Assembly (NCBI GenBank): GCA_030390025.1
Contig: CM059432.1
Span: 95,730,001 to 95,794,000, forward strand
Reading direction: 5' to 3'
Length of the DNA: 64,000 nucleotides
DNA from: Squalus acanthias
Taxonomy: Eukaryota
Below the pieces are notes generated by a model, which worked only from the letters and a program-made list of their open reading frames with translations, was not told the DNA's origin and ran no database searches. Every line of letters starts with the position of its first letter. Position 1 is the first letter of the stretch. A program made the translations under genes and the position numbers. Of the stretch, positions 50,760 through 63,670 are shown piece by piece.

Positions 50760-51565
50760 TACCTCCTACCCATGCTTCCTTCACAATCTCTCCTCCTTCC
50801 TGTGGTTGTCCCTGTGCATATTCCACGGCGTTTTTTGCCCAGAACTTCTTCCTTCAGCACAAGCATGCCCAGGGCCAACCTGCTGACAAGCTTCATGCCC
50901 ATCACCTGAATGCTGCACATCTCTCTCTCTTCATTATCCTTATGGAGCCCACCTTCCCATGTGGGCTAGCCAGATTCCGTGCACACATTGTCATCTTCTC
51001 TATCCTTGTTTCTTCTTTTCAGGACAACAGAAAGGAGCAGGCTACAACTGGAAGGGATTAAGCTTCAATCTACAACCTCACCCCATCCGTGCAAATTCAG
51101 GGCTGGGATTTGGATGAGTGAAGCTAGAGCTGGGAGGCAGAATTCACGACTCAGCATAGGGTTTGTATGCCAAAGATTCCTTTCTTCACATCCCATCCTA
51201 CATCCTCCTATAAGCACTGACACACAAACTGATGTACATCTGTGGCATTATGCTAGCTACTTGCCCAGGGCAGCTCCACACCAAGTTGTTCTTAGTTTTG
51301 TCTCCCAACACTCGCCTCTTTCTGTCTCTTCAGATATGGCATAAGGAGCTGAAGTGGGCCCCTGCCAGGAGGAATCATCCAGCACATCACCTGGCACTGT
51401 GTCATTGCATCTCACTCTGGCACGCATCAGCACAAAGCTATCCACCCTGGGGGATTTATATAGTCAGATGGAGGTCAGTACAGAAGGTGATGCACAGAGC
51501 ACAGGTGGACAGGAGCAGCTGGAGGTGGTAGAAGTGGAGCAGGAAGCCTCTGCTGGAGAGTGAGT
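50760..51565 (+). mobile_element. Degenerate Harbinger Myb-like gene remnant
   Basis: Acceptors at ~51022 and ~51333 are followed by decayed NRKEQATTG and acidic segments resembling 48060-48500. Confidence 0.4.
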
Positions 51566-52077
51566 TTTCTTCCTTTCTCAGCTGGTGAGGCCCGGAATCT
51601 AGATTTCCAGGTCCCAGCTCCAGTCTCACCAGTCTGTAAAAGATGAATGTTTTTGGAGCTTGAGAAGTTATTGGAGACACTAGGGTATCTACCTTGGAGC
51701 TGTCAACACATGGTGCTAAGTGTCAGGCTCATTCATGAAAAGCATGTAGTCAGCCTTGGAAGGAGTGACAACTCCAGGGACATTTACAGCTGAACTCTTC
51801 ACAACAGAGGCCATTATGTTCGTTCAGATAGCTGCCATACATAACATGGGCAGACCCACAATGTTTGCTATACCACCCTCTTTGTCTTCCAGCAACACCA
51901 TTTTGTCTGCACATTTTCAACCCTTACCTCTGGAATGAATTTCTGCTAACTCAACCAGTGATGCACACAAAACATTATTAATAAAAAAAGGTAAGGAACT
52001 GCCTCTGTACCAACTGCCAGCCACTACGGTGCTTCCTCTTCCCAACACTTGGTGTATGCCCTGCTCCACTTCCAATT

Positions 52078-52860
52078 CAACAACAGCTTGCATTTGCCTT
52101 TAATATAGTGCCTTTAATGTAGAAGAACATCCTAAGGCACTTCATAGAGGTATAAGGAAAACAAATGGACATTGAGCCAAAGAAGGAGAGATTAGGAGAG
52201 GTAACCAAAATATGCCAGAGGTGGGTTTTAAGGAGGTCTTAAAGGAGTAGACAGGGTGGAAGGGTGTGAGGCCTAGGGAGCCTCCTAGGAAGGTATGGAC
52301 ACTAATGGTGGATGAAGATTAGGTGGGGGTTGCACAAGCAGTTGGAGTCAGAGGAACAGAGAGTTTGGGGGAGGTTTGTACAGCTGTTGGAGGTTACAGC
52401 GATAGGGAGAAGCAAGACCATGGCGGGATTTGAAGTGGAGATCAGGGGCCAAAATAGGTCAGCAAGCACAGGAGTGACAGGTGAGAGGGACTTGGTACAA
52501 AATCCGATACGAGTATCAGGGGTTGGCTTTGACTATGTGCGATAGTGTAAAATGGGCGGTAGCGAATCGGCAGCCTGCTTTACATCTCTCCCGACTTTTA
52601 TTTCCATTGACTTCAGGAAAGATGTAAAACAGGCTGCCAATTCACTATCACCCATATTGCAATATCACACAAAGTCAAAATCTACCCCACAGAGTTTTGG
52701 ATGAGCTGAAGTTTCTGGAGGGTGGAGGGTGGGAGGCCGGCCAGGTAATCAATGGAGCATTGAGTTTGGAGGTGATAAAATCATGAATGTGGTGGTTCTT
52801 CTTATTGCACGAGCAAGGGCTTGGGACCTGCTCATTGGGCTGGAGAGCCGATGGGCTTGA
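52078..52860 (-). mobile_element. Old L2 fragment with a nested palindromic MITE (52519-52688)
   Basis: L2 tail and IHDFITSKL motif. The MITE has GGGG...CCCC ends. Confidence 0.7.
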
Positions 52861-53374
52861 ATAAATGACACGAGAATGTATACGGGCTTCCACAATGTCA
52901 TTGCTGCAATAGGGTCTGATGAGCAGGCACAGTGACATGGAAGCTCACAGCAGGAGCCGTGCTGATGCCTAAGGGGCAGCTGCTGTTTCTCCCAATGACA
53001 GCATTGCCTCAGCACTCCGCCCCTCCTTCCAGAGGAAGGAGCTAGCAAGCAGGCAAGACGAGGTTGTCCTCGCACCAACAGAAGTACCACATGCTGAAGT
53101 TGTGAGGAATATTAATAATAACCTGTCTTTGAGCTTTACAGATGTTGACGGACCTACTGTGCATTTCCAGCTTTTGCATTCTTTTCCTTTTTATTTTTAA
53201 ATTTAAACACTGCTGTGTCATTTTGGTATAAAAGACAACTTGTTTGACTTCTCCAAATACATATCTGGCATCAAATGCAGTCAGAGTTTGGCACAAAATC
53301 TTTGTTTGTTCTTTGAGCACACAGTGTAATGATTTCCAAAGAGTAGATTCTTGCACCGTGTGCATCGTGCTCAC

Positions 53375-53461
53375 CTGATATCTTTTGTTATCGGTAAAGA
53401 GATCACAAAATCAGGAATCACATGTTACAAAACCTTGCGTTCATGTCATTTCATTAACAAG
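53375..53461 (-). other. Candidate non-coding exon
   Basis: Strong acceptor tttttgttcatcttttccag and donor CAG|gtgagc. All three frames contain stops. Confidence 0.35.
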
Positions 53462-53719
53462 CTGGAAAAGATGAACAAAAACCCAGGCATTCCTCCCTTT
53501 CTTTGAACAAAAGATGTGATTGTGTGAAGCTTCTACAAGAGAAGCCTGAAAAGGAGCTTTGTAGGAACCAGGCCTAAAACCACAGAGTCAGAGTAAATAC
53601 CAAGGCTGCACTCCCCATAGCTTTGCTCTGCATAAAGGCCTGACCATGGAGGACGAGGAGTCCAATCCACAATCAAGACCATAGCAGGATGCAAATGTTG
53701 GCTAAGAGGTTGCCTCCAG

Positions 53720-54386
53720 GTCCCCACCATCAACATCCTGGGGGTCACCATTGACCAGAAACTTAACTGGACCAGCCACATAAATACTGTGGCAACAAGA
53801 GCAGGTCGGAGACTGGATATTCTGCGGTGAGTGACTATCCTCCTGAATCCCCAAAACCTTTCCACCATCTACAAGGCACAAGTAAGGAGTGTGATGGAAT
53901 ACTCTCCACTTGCCTGGATGAGTGCAGCTCCAACAACACTCAAGAAGCTTGACACCATCCAAGACAAAGCAGCCCGCTTGATTAGCATCACATCCACCAT
54001 CTTAAACATTCAGTTCCTCCACCAATGGCGCACCGTGGCAGCAGTGTGCACCATCTACAAGATGCACTGCAGAAATTCGGCAAGGCTTCGTCGACAACAC
54101 CTCCCAAACCCGCGACCACCTCGAAGGACAAGGGCAGCAGGTACGTGGAAACACCACCACCTCCAAGTTCCCCTCCAAGTCACACAGCATCCTGACTTGG
54201 AAATATATCGCCATTCCTTCATCGTCGCTAGGTCAAAATCCTGGAACTCCCACCCTCCCTTCACCACACGGACTGCAGCGGTTCAAGAAGGCGGCTCACC
54301 ACCACCTTCTCAATAGCAATTAGGGATGGGCAATAAATGCTGGCTTGCCAGCGATGCCCACATCCCATGAACGAATTTTAAAAAAG
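53720..54386 (+). mobile_element. Second CR1-group LINE family, 3' end
   Basis: KAQVRSVMEYSPLAWMSAAPTTLKKLDTIQDKA and an A-rich tail. Confidence 0.9.
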
Positions 54387-54754
54387 GTAGAATCTTGCAC
54401 TAGATGTTCAAAAAAGATGCATTCATCTGATTGCTCAGTTCGTCTTTTAATGAAGCCTCCTGTCACATGTACTCAATCAAATGTCTAAAAAAAAAAATCT
54501 TCACATTGTACTCACTATTGAGATATATTGCTGCACGTCATTTTCTGAGCTGCTACCGTAGTCTGTGCCATCAGAATTAAATCCTTTGCATAAAAGGTCA
54601 AATACAGTGATTCCAATTTATTAATTTTATTAGTGCTATGAGTGTGGGATTAATATTTTTTGCCCTGGTGTTTTTCCTTTGTGCTGGCACATTGTGTGCA
54701 CCTTTTAATTCCTAATGTGACTTCTTCTAACTGAATCCCCAATGAAAGGATTTA

Positions 54755-55601
54755 GGGAGGGAAATTGGGTATCGCCCATTTTGGGTCGCTAATATCGGCC
54801 GGGCGCAAATTTTAGCACCCAGCGCTAATTATCACCTCTGACTGCAAAATTCGCCTCTATCGCCCCTGGAGGTGATTTGAGCGCTAAATCAAGCGCTACA
54901 CACATCTCTTAAGGTGCTAACGTCGGGGAGCGAGGCGTTACCTCAAAACGCTAGCGAAGCTCAGCCGATGTCAGTTACCATGGAAGCCAGACAGACTGGC
55001 GCCATCCAGTTCTTAAAGGGGAGGGGCCATCTTGCTGGCCAGCCACACCCTGCTCATTGCAGCCTTGAATCTCGGCCTGGAGAGACCTCTAAAGCAATTG
55101 TGTTGGAAGCACTAATGGATAGGCCCAGGGAAAGAGCTCAGCGCTTAGGAACCTCAAAAGTGGTGCTGGGGACCAAAACTCCTTATGACAGCGTTAAATC
55201 TCTCCAGACGTCTCTCTCCCTCTCAACCTGTGTGTACCAACAATTTTGCAGACAAGAAAAGGCAGGAAGCGCCCGTCTTTAAATAGCGCTCCCCAGCCCC
55301 TTCCCGACTTGAAAATGTTGCCCTCTACCTGTCATTCCTAGCAACAGGCGCTAAGGCACAGGGTGCGACTCAATTTCCGGTCCGGGGCGTTACCGGGGCG
55401 TTGCACGCTTGCTTAACGTCACGATCTGCGGGTGCAGGAGATCATGGCGGTAGTGTTTAGCGCCAGTGCAAAACGACTGGTCAATTTCACGAGCGGTACT
55501 AAAATCGCCGTGCTCAGGCGTTAAGTTGCTAGCAATCCGTTAGCGCCCCCCGCCCCCCGGAGGCGCTAACGGGAGGCACTAACCAACTACATTTTTCCCC
55601 C
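54755..55601. mobile_element. Harbinger-derived MITE, paralogue of 41378-42270
   Basis: Collinear similarity, TIR-like ends, flanks tta/ttc, and a retained MDRPRERAQR start of a Myb-like ORF. Confidence 0.85.
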
Positions 55602-56049
55602 TTCGTCTGGTGGCTGGGTGTCAGTGGGAGCCAGCAGGGATTCATTGCCCTAGGTCCTGAAATGCCTCTGCCATGTCTGTGGCTGGTCCTGCCCGCTTTG
55701 TTTAAATTTCTATTATTTATGTTGGGGGTGGGATGGATAGCCTGGATGTGGCAACGCATTGAGTACCAGCGGCCTCACTCATGCCTAATCTAGTCATACT
55801 CCTGCTACTGGGCACTGCCTCAGCATGTCCAGGGATCTGCATAGGAGTAGAGCTCAGGGCAGCAATGAGGTCAGTGAAGCACGGCCTCAAGGTCTCTTAA
55901 ACTTATCTCCAGCATTTTGAAATGGACTAAGATGGCCTGTTTTAGATTAAAGTCCAATAGCTCCATGGCAGCAATGATGCTCTGATTAGGGCTCTGCCAC
56001 TGGAGCTTCACAGCAGATGGGTGAATACTGTTTGGTTGGTGCAGCATGT

Positions 56050-58120
56050 ACATAGAAGATAGGAGCAGGAGTAGGCCATTCGGCCCCTTGAGCCTGTTCC
56101 GCCATTTAATGAGATCATGGCTGATCATCCAAATTCAGTACCCTGTCCCTGCTTTCTCTCCATATCCCTTGATCCCTTTAGCCTTAAGAAATATATCTAA
56201 CTCCTCTTGAATATATTTAATGAATTGGCCTCAACTTCTGTGGTAGAGAATTCCACAGGTTCACCATTCTCCGGGTGAAGAAATTCCTCCTCATCTCAGT
56301 CTTAAATGGCTTACCCCTTATCCTTAGACTGTGACCCCTGGTTCTGGACTCCCCCGCCATCGGGAACATCCTTCCTGCATCTAGTCTGTCTAGTCCTGTT
56401 AGAATTTTGTAAGTTTCAATGAGATCCCCACTCATTCTTCTAAACTCTAGCGAATATAAGCCTAATCGACCCAATCTCTCCTCATACGTCATTCCTGCCA
56501 TCCCAGGTATCAGTCTGGTGAATCTTCGCTGCACTCCCTCCATGGCAAGAACATCCTTCCTCAGATAAGGCGACCAAAACGGCACACAATACTCAAGGTG
56601 TGGTCTCACCAAGGCCCTGTACAACTGCAGCAAGACATACTTGCTCCTGTACTCGAATCCTCTCACTATGAAGGCCAACATACCATTTGCCTTCTTAACC
56701 GCCTGCTGCACCTGCATGCTTCCCTTCAGCGACTGGTGCACAAGGACACCCAGGTCTCGTTGCACTTCCCCTTTTCCCAATCTATTGCCATTCAGATAAT
56801 AATCTGTCTTCCTGTTTTTGCCACCAAAGTGGATAACCTCGCATTTATCCACATTATACTGCATCTGCCATATCACCCAACCTGTCCAAATCATACTGGA
56901 GTTTCTCTGCATCCTCCTCATAGCACACACGCCCACCTAGCTTTGTGTCATCTGCAAACTTGGAGATATTACATCTAGTTCCCTCGTCTAGATCATTAAT
57001 ATATATTGTGAATAGCTGGGGTCCTAGCACCGATCCCTGCGTTACCCCACTAGTCACTGCCTACCACTCGGAAAAAGACCCGTTTATTCCAACTCTTTGC
57101 TTCCTGTCTGCCAACCAGTTCTCTATCCAAGTCAGTACCTTACCCCCAATCCCGTGTGCTTTAACTTTGCACGCTAATCTCTTATGTGGGACCTTATCAA
57201 AAGCCTTCTGAAAGTCCAAATACACCACATCCACTGGTTCTCCCATATCTATTCTACCAGTTACATCCTCAAAAAATTCCAGTAGCTTAGTCAAGCATGA
57301 TTTACCTTTTGTAAATCCATGTTGACTTTGTCCGATCTTGTCACTGTTTTCCAAGTGCTCTGCTATTACATCTTTTATAATGGACTCTAGCAATTTCCCC
57401 ATTACCGAAGTCAGGCTTACCAGTCTATAATTCCCTGTTTTCTCTTTACCACCTTTTTTAAATAGTGAGGTTACATTAGCTACCCTCCAATCCATGGGAA
57501 CTGTTCCAGAGTCTATAGAATTTTGGAAGATGAGCAGCAATGCATCGACTATTTCGAGGGCCACTTCTTTAAGTACCCTAGGATGTAAATTATCAGGCCC
57601 TGGGGATTTATCAGCCTTCAATCCCATCAATTTCCCTAACACCATTTCCCTACAAATACTGATTTCATTTAATTCCTCCCTCTCATTAGATCCTATGTTC
57701 CCCGACATCTCTGGGAGGTTATTTGTGTCCTCCTTTGTGAAGACAGAACCAAAGTATGTATTTAATTGGTCTGCCGATTTCTTTGTTCCCCATTATAAAT
57801 TCCCCTGATTCTGACTGCAAGGGACCTACGCTTGACTTCACCAATCTTTTTCTCTTCACATATCTGTAGAAGCTTTTACAGTCAGTTTTTATGATCCCTG
57901 CAAGCTTACTCTCGTATTCTATTTCCCCCCTCTTAATTAATCCCTTTGTCCTCCTTTGCTGAATCCTAAACTGCTCCCAATCCTCAGGTTTGCTGCTTTT
58001 TCTGGCCAATTTATATGTCCTCTCCTGGGATCTTATGCTATCCCTAATTTCCCCTGTTAGCCACAGTTGAGTCACCTTTTTTGTTTTATTTTTATGCCAA
58101 ACAGGGATGAAAACAAATTT
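56050..58120 (-). mobile_element. CR1/HER1-type LINE, 5'-truncated and frameshifted
   Basis: [29 protein letters not shown] and RPHLEYCV motifs. Confidence 0.95.
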
Positions 58121-58282
58121 CATACAATGAATTCTTCACGTCAGTGCCCTCAGAAATATTTGTGCTTTTTGTGATGAGTTGGGTAAAGCTGAAGGAGGAT
58201 ATGGAGCCTAAATTGTGAGTATAAAAACTACTAATTATTAGTACTTATGCAATGGAATTTGAGGCAGACAGTTAAAGATACA

Positions 58283-58900
58283 GATCTAGAAATTGGATGG
58301 CCATGCCCGTTTTTCAGACGTGAAACGGGTGCCGAAGCTTTCAATGTAGCAGGTGTAGCATGTGCACTCATTACACGCCAGAAGTGCGTCACCCACCATA
58401 TTGGTAAAGGCAGAAAGAGAGGTTCCCAGTGCCCACACGTGAAATAAGTGTTAGGCTCTTTGCATACGCAAAAATTGGTTTTCCCTGAACACAGCCGACA
58501 CCGGGCAGGCTGCGTTCAGGAAAACATGTTCTACATGTGGCCTAACCAGCAGACTGCCACCAAAAAGGTAAGTTTAAAAAAAATACTTACCTGAATGTGG
58601 AGCCAGGATGAGCAGGAGTGTTCCTCCCAGGTCCATTGCCGGCCCTCGCTTGGCCCCCTCCCAATCATTTCCCCTCTCTCCCGATCATGCCTCGCTTCCG
58701 ATCGCTTTTCCCCTCCTTCGATCACCCTCCTCCTTTCCAGTCGCGACTCCCCTCTCCCGATCGCCCTTCTCCTCTCCCAGGACCTACCTGTGCTGCCGGC
58801 GATACAGCAGCCTGAAATTGAAATTAACTTCACTTGCGAGCTACCTGTGGATGTCCATCGAGTGTCTGCAGCTGACCGGTCTCATGTAAATGACGCCCAA
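58283..58900. mobile_element. Harbinger-like non-autonomous remnant
   Basis: The tagaaattgga..gaaacgg terminus is similar to the inverted end at ~62100-62169. It contains a CCCGATC-rich low-complexity block. Confidence 0.45.
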
Positions 58901-59065
58901 GGATTTGCAAGTTAAATACAGCTATGGATTCGTTTGTAAAGAATGGATATTGAAGAGTTTAATGTTTTTAGCATGGTGGGTAAGTTTTATTTAATACACA
59001 TTTCTTTCCAACTATTTGTACTTTCTCAGGAGATTGTATGGAAGAATAAAATGCAATTTAAACTT

Positions 59066-59368
59066 GAGAAGTCGCACAACACCAGGTTATAGTCCAACAG
59101 TTTTATTTAAAATTACGAGCTTTCGGAGCTCCGCTCCTTCTTCAGGTACAGGTACAGTGAGGGAATCGATTACACAGTATATATACACAGAGAACAATGT
59201 GTCTGCAGAGATACAATCTGTTAGGGAGGCATTACATCAAAGACACATCAGAGTACAGCTAAGACAATGAGGTGGGTCACAGGGGGTCCAACGTGTCAAA
59301 TGCTGCCGTCTGCAGTTAAGCTTTTAACTTTTTTTTTAAACTGGAAAAACAGACAACGATGTCGAGTC
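59066..59368 (-). mobile_element. Short non-coding Penelope-derived retroelement with a hammerhead and 10-bp TSD
   Basis: TSD atttaaactt at 59056-59065 and 59369-59378. Homologous to 2282-2621. Confidence 0.75.
59114..59148 (-). ncRNA. Minimal type I hammerhead ribozyme (Penelope type)
   Basis: The minus strand reads tac-CTGAAGA-a-ggagc(gga)gctcc-GAA-AGCT-C-gta. Confidence 0.78.
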
Positions 59369-59665
59369 ATTTAAACTTAACAGAGACCTTGGAGATTGGT
59401 AAGATTTTTTCAACTATCAACATGTTGAAAAAAAGAAGTGACCTCCAGATGTATTTCAAAAAAGGTATTTGTCAATGACAAGATTATGCAATGTTACCAA
59501 GAGATAACTGAAGAGTATTGACCTGTGCTTTTAATGGAAAATGAGTATTTTAAAGTTGGTGCCAACATGTTTGAAAAAGAATTCTGCAAGTGGGTTTTTG
59601 TAGCAAACTGGTACACCCCAATACTGTTACATATAAAAGGCAGAACCTGTTGATTGAAAAATGTT

Positions 59666-60426
59666 AGCCTGTAATTTGCGGTCAGCAGTGAAGCAAAGGC
59701 ATTCGCTGCTGGCCCCGAAGTAAGCTTCCCACAAAGACCTTGCGATCTCTGTGGTGAGAAGTTCGGCTTTTCCGATGTGCAATTGAAATCAGCTCAAGTT
59801 AATGGGGAATCCCTAATGTGAGCTGTTATGACATCAACAAGCTGTCTAAGCAGCCAATCACAATGCAGAATTCTCACAGACCGAGAACCAGGAAGTGGGT
59901 AAGCTCCTTTGACTCTAACTTTTTAAAAATGTTAGAGAGCAAAACAAAGATTGTTGTTCTCACATGGGGAAAAGGTAAACCTGAAATAAAGATAAACAAA
60001 CTTTAAAAAATATTAAAACTCTTTTTTAAAGTTTCATAAATATTCTAATTTTTATTAAAATGGATAAATTTGACACTCCACAAAATTAAAATTAGTTTTT
60101 CAGGGCATTAACATTTGTTTAGCAGTCTGTTAAAACCCCAGTTACACCTAATCTAAAAGGGTCTAACTTTTAATGGGGTATTTAATAGCGATATTACAGC
60201 GGAAAAGCCAAAGTTTCTTTTATTTTACTGATTACACTGATTGCCAGCTATGGGGGAAGGGGCCACAGCGCAGCCAGTGTCAGAGCAGAGACTGCCTGAC
60301 CGCAACTTCAGGATTTCTGCGTTAGGATGCGCATGCGCTACATCCTGAAGTTACAGTTAGTTTCAAAGGGGTAATAACAGCAAAAGCTGTTCATTCGCCG
60401 TTATTACCCACCGCAACTTCCGGGTC
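59666..60426. mobile_element. Harbinger-like MITE
   Basis: Imperfect TIRs agcctgtaatttgcggt / accgcaacttccgggtc. Confidence 0.6.
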
Positions 60427-60639
60427 GATAATTCTAAAAGTTGTCCTTTAAGGAAAAAAGGAGCTCACAGACTACTAAATTTTGCCGTTAATTAAACAGT
60501 CTGGGATATGTCATTTAAAGTGATTAAACTGTACAGGTTGGAAATTCCTTTAGGCTCACCCATTTTAAAAAGATGAATCTCGGTCTGCTTGTCTCACTGG
60601 CAGTGGACTAAAGGTAAGTCCCAGTATTGAGTCAGACGT

Positions 60640-61897
60640 TGTGAAGGAATGAGCCATACCTATTCAGAAAAATACACCATTCTATGAAATATACTGACTT
60701 TATTAAAACATGACATACTGGGTTTAAAAATCTAAAAGCCTCAATGACACAAAGCTGTAAACACCATACAGGCTTTTGAGATAAGAATCAGTTGTTGACA
60801 CTGAAACAATAGCCCTATTGAAGCAGCAGGTTGGAGGTTCCCCTAAGTCTGCAACATTGGAAAGAACACAATAAGAATACCCTGTTAAAGTGTCTTAAAC
60901 CAACACTTTGAAATGAATCACATAAGTTAAAGAAACATATGCCTTCATAAATATGACATCAAATGAAAGACAGGAGACACGATTATGTGGTACAACTAGT
61001 TGAGGTGGCTAGGGGGACAATGGTGCATCCGGTTGAAGTGTTTTTAATTTACATGTTGTAAAAAGATACAAACAGAAGATCTTCGTAAATATGACATCAA
61101 TAGATGCAACAGAAATCACATTGTTTTTGTGTTGAACTTGGAACACATAGGAGACACGAAGTCTGCTTACAACCAGCTGAGGTGATTTAAGAATTGAATA
61201 GAAGACCTTTGTAAAAAAGACATCAAATAGAACCAGTGTTGTCACATTGTTTTTATGATAAGTTTTGATAAATTTTGAACACCTAAAGGAGGAGACATAA
61301 TTCTTAATGCAACAGCTGAACTGACTGTAAGAATAGCAGGAGTCAACAGAAGGATGACTAGAGATAATTAGCTTACATCAGCAGAAAACTTCAAAGGATA
61401 TACCACTGCAAAAAGGGTATAAAATATAGGACTTTCAAATAGGAAGACAGAATTCGCTGGAAGGGGCAAGCGATTCTCAGCTTTAGAGACAGGCTCTGTA
61501 AGCCTACAACTCTTTGAGTCTTGGGTAATCAAAGGTATTTGATTTTGGTGGATATCCTGGATTAAGAATAAGTAGAAATGTAAAAATTTAACAAAGTTAA
61601 GATTTGAGAATAAGGATCTCTGAGAATAAGAATTGTAAGCTATTTGTTTTTAGAACTGTTAAAGTTGCGATTGAATCACGAACTGTTAACTGCATGTCGG
61701 TTTTTTAATAAATCAATATATTTTTAGTATTGTCTCACATAGTACTTCTGTATCAAACTCGCGAACTCAATCTCTGTACACTCTTTGGTGAGGAGTTGCA
61801 GAATTCTGGGGGAGTTTTCCGGATCCTCATAATATCCGGAAGGTTACAGTCTTGTTAAACTTATTAAAAGTGCTATCTGGAGGACGGTAACATCTTC
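60640..61897 (+). mobile_element. Possible solo LTR
   Basis: TG(TG)AAG start, degenerate ~125-bp direct repeats, TATAAAA at ~61418, AATAAA at ~61707 and a CA end at 61780 or 61897. No TSD was found. Confidence 0.35.
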
Positions 61898-62419
61898 AGG
61901 TCGTTCCTTTCCTTTAGGGAGGGATAGTCTGGACCTTTAGACCCAATTAAGCATCTTCTAGGATTCGGCTATCTCTAACTTTAGTTGAAGGTGAACGTCT
62001 GGGGAATATGCCTGATCCGGGGTGGCCCGAAAGGGGCTAGGACTAGTAATTATCCTTTCAACATCTTTCAGGGATGCTTTGGACACGGAACGTTGGTCCC
62101 TCAAATTGGCCCTTGTTGCGACCGTTTCAGGTCCATAAATAGGATAGAACAAGGTCCAATTTCTACCCCAATTACTTTACTTCCCTCAGAAAAGAAAAGA
62201 AATCTACCTTAAAGGTAGCAGCCACTTAAAGGGGCTGGTGGAATAGGAATACCATGAGAGAAGCTGTAGGCGCAAACAGGATTTGTGTACCATTGTCAAA
62301 CCAGGAAAGATATCATTGCAGCTCTTCCTGTATTTTTGATACATCTGAAATCCATTGCTATCTGCCTGAAGCTTTGATTTGCCATTTTAATTTCTGATTT
62401 TCCCATAGATTTTAAACTG

Positions 62420-62748
62420 AGTGTGGCACCAAGGAATCCTAGTAAAACTGAAGTCAGTAGGGAACGGGGGAAAAATCTCCAGTGGCAGAAGCCCTACCTG
62501 GCACAAAGGAAGATGGTTGTGGTTGTTGGAGGCCAATCATTTCAGCCCCAGGACATCGCTGCAGGAGTTCCTCAGGGCAGTGTTCTAGGCCCAACCATCT
62601 TCAGCTGCTTCATCAATGACCTTCCCTCCATCATAAGGTCAGAAATGAGGCTGTTCGATGATGATTGCACAGTGTTCAGCTCCATTCACAACTCCTCAGA
62701 TAACGAACAGTCCGTGCCCGCATGCAGCAAGACCTGGACAACATTCAG
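62420..62748 (+). mobile_element. Second CR1-group LINE RT fragment
   Basis: GVPQGSVLGPTIFSCFINDLP..LFDDDC. Confidence 0.85.
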
Positions 62749-62872
62749 AAGCTGACAGAAGCTGACAGGATTGCCGTCAAGGCCGACGGTGAGAGCAGGA
62801 ATTGTGGCAGGAGCAAGATGCTGCCAAGGACAAAACCGATCATTGAAGGGAGAGGCAAGATTGCAGCAGGGG

Positions 62873-63670
62873 AACATAAGAACATAAGAAATAGGAGCAG
62901 GAGTAGGCCATTCAGCCCTTCGAGCCTGCTCCGCCATTCAATGAGATCATGGCTGAACTTCTGCCTCAACTCCATTCACCGGCCCTATCGCCATATCCCT
63001 TGATGCCCTTACTGGTCAGAAATCTATCGACTTCTGTTTTGAATATACCCAATGACTGAGCCTCCACAGCCCGCTGGGGTAGAGAATTCCAAAGATTCAC
63101 CACCCTCTGTGTGAAGAAATTTCTTCTCATCTCAGTCCTGAATAGCCTACCCTTTATCCTGAGGCTGTGGCCCCTGGTTCTAGACTCCCCAGCCAAGAGA
63201 AACATTCTCCCAGCATCCACCCTATCAAGCCCTGTAATAATTTTGTATGCTTCAATGAGATCCCCTCTCATTCTTCTGAATTCAAGAGAATACAGGACTA
63301 GTTTACTCAATCTCTTCTCATACGACAGTTCCGCCATCCCAGGAATCAGCCTGGTGAACCTTCGCTGCACTCCCTCTATGGGAAGTATATCCTTCCTTAG
63401 GTAAGGAGACCAAAATTGTACACAGTACTCCAGGTGTGGTCTCACCAAGGCCCTGTATAATTTGAGTAAGATTTCTTTACTCCTGTACTCAAATCCTCTT
63501 GTAATGAAGGCCAGCATACCATTTGCCTTCCTAATGGTTTGCTGCACCTGTACATTCACTTTCAGTGACTCATGTACAAGGACACCCAGGTCCCTTTGAG
63601 CATCTGCATTCCCCAATCTTTCACCATTTGGGAAATACTCTGCCTTTCTGTTTTTTCTACCAAAGTGGTG
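62873..63670 (-). mobile_element. CR1/HER1-type LINE 3' end
   Basis: 216-aa ORF2 C-terminus, 3' stem-loop and (TTCTTATG)n tail. Confidence 0.95.

Noticed and set aside
53042..53374. 110-aa minus-strand ORF
   Set aside because: It starts at the GTG of a splice-donor motif, has no recognisable domain, and is probably intronic.
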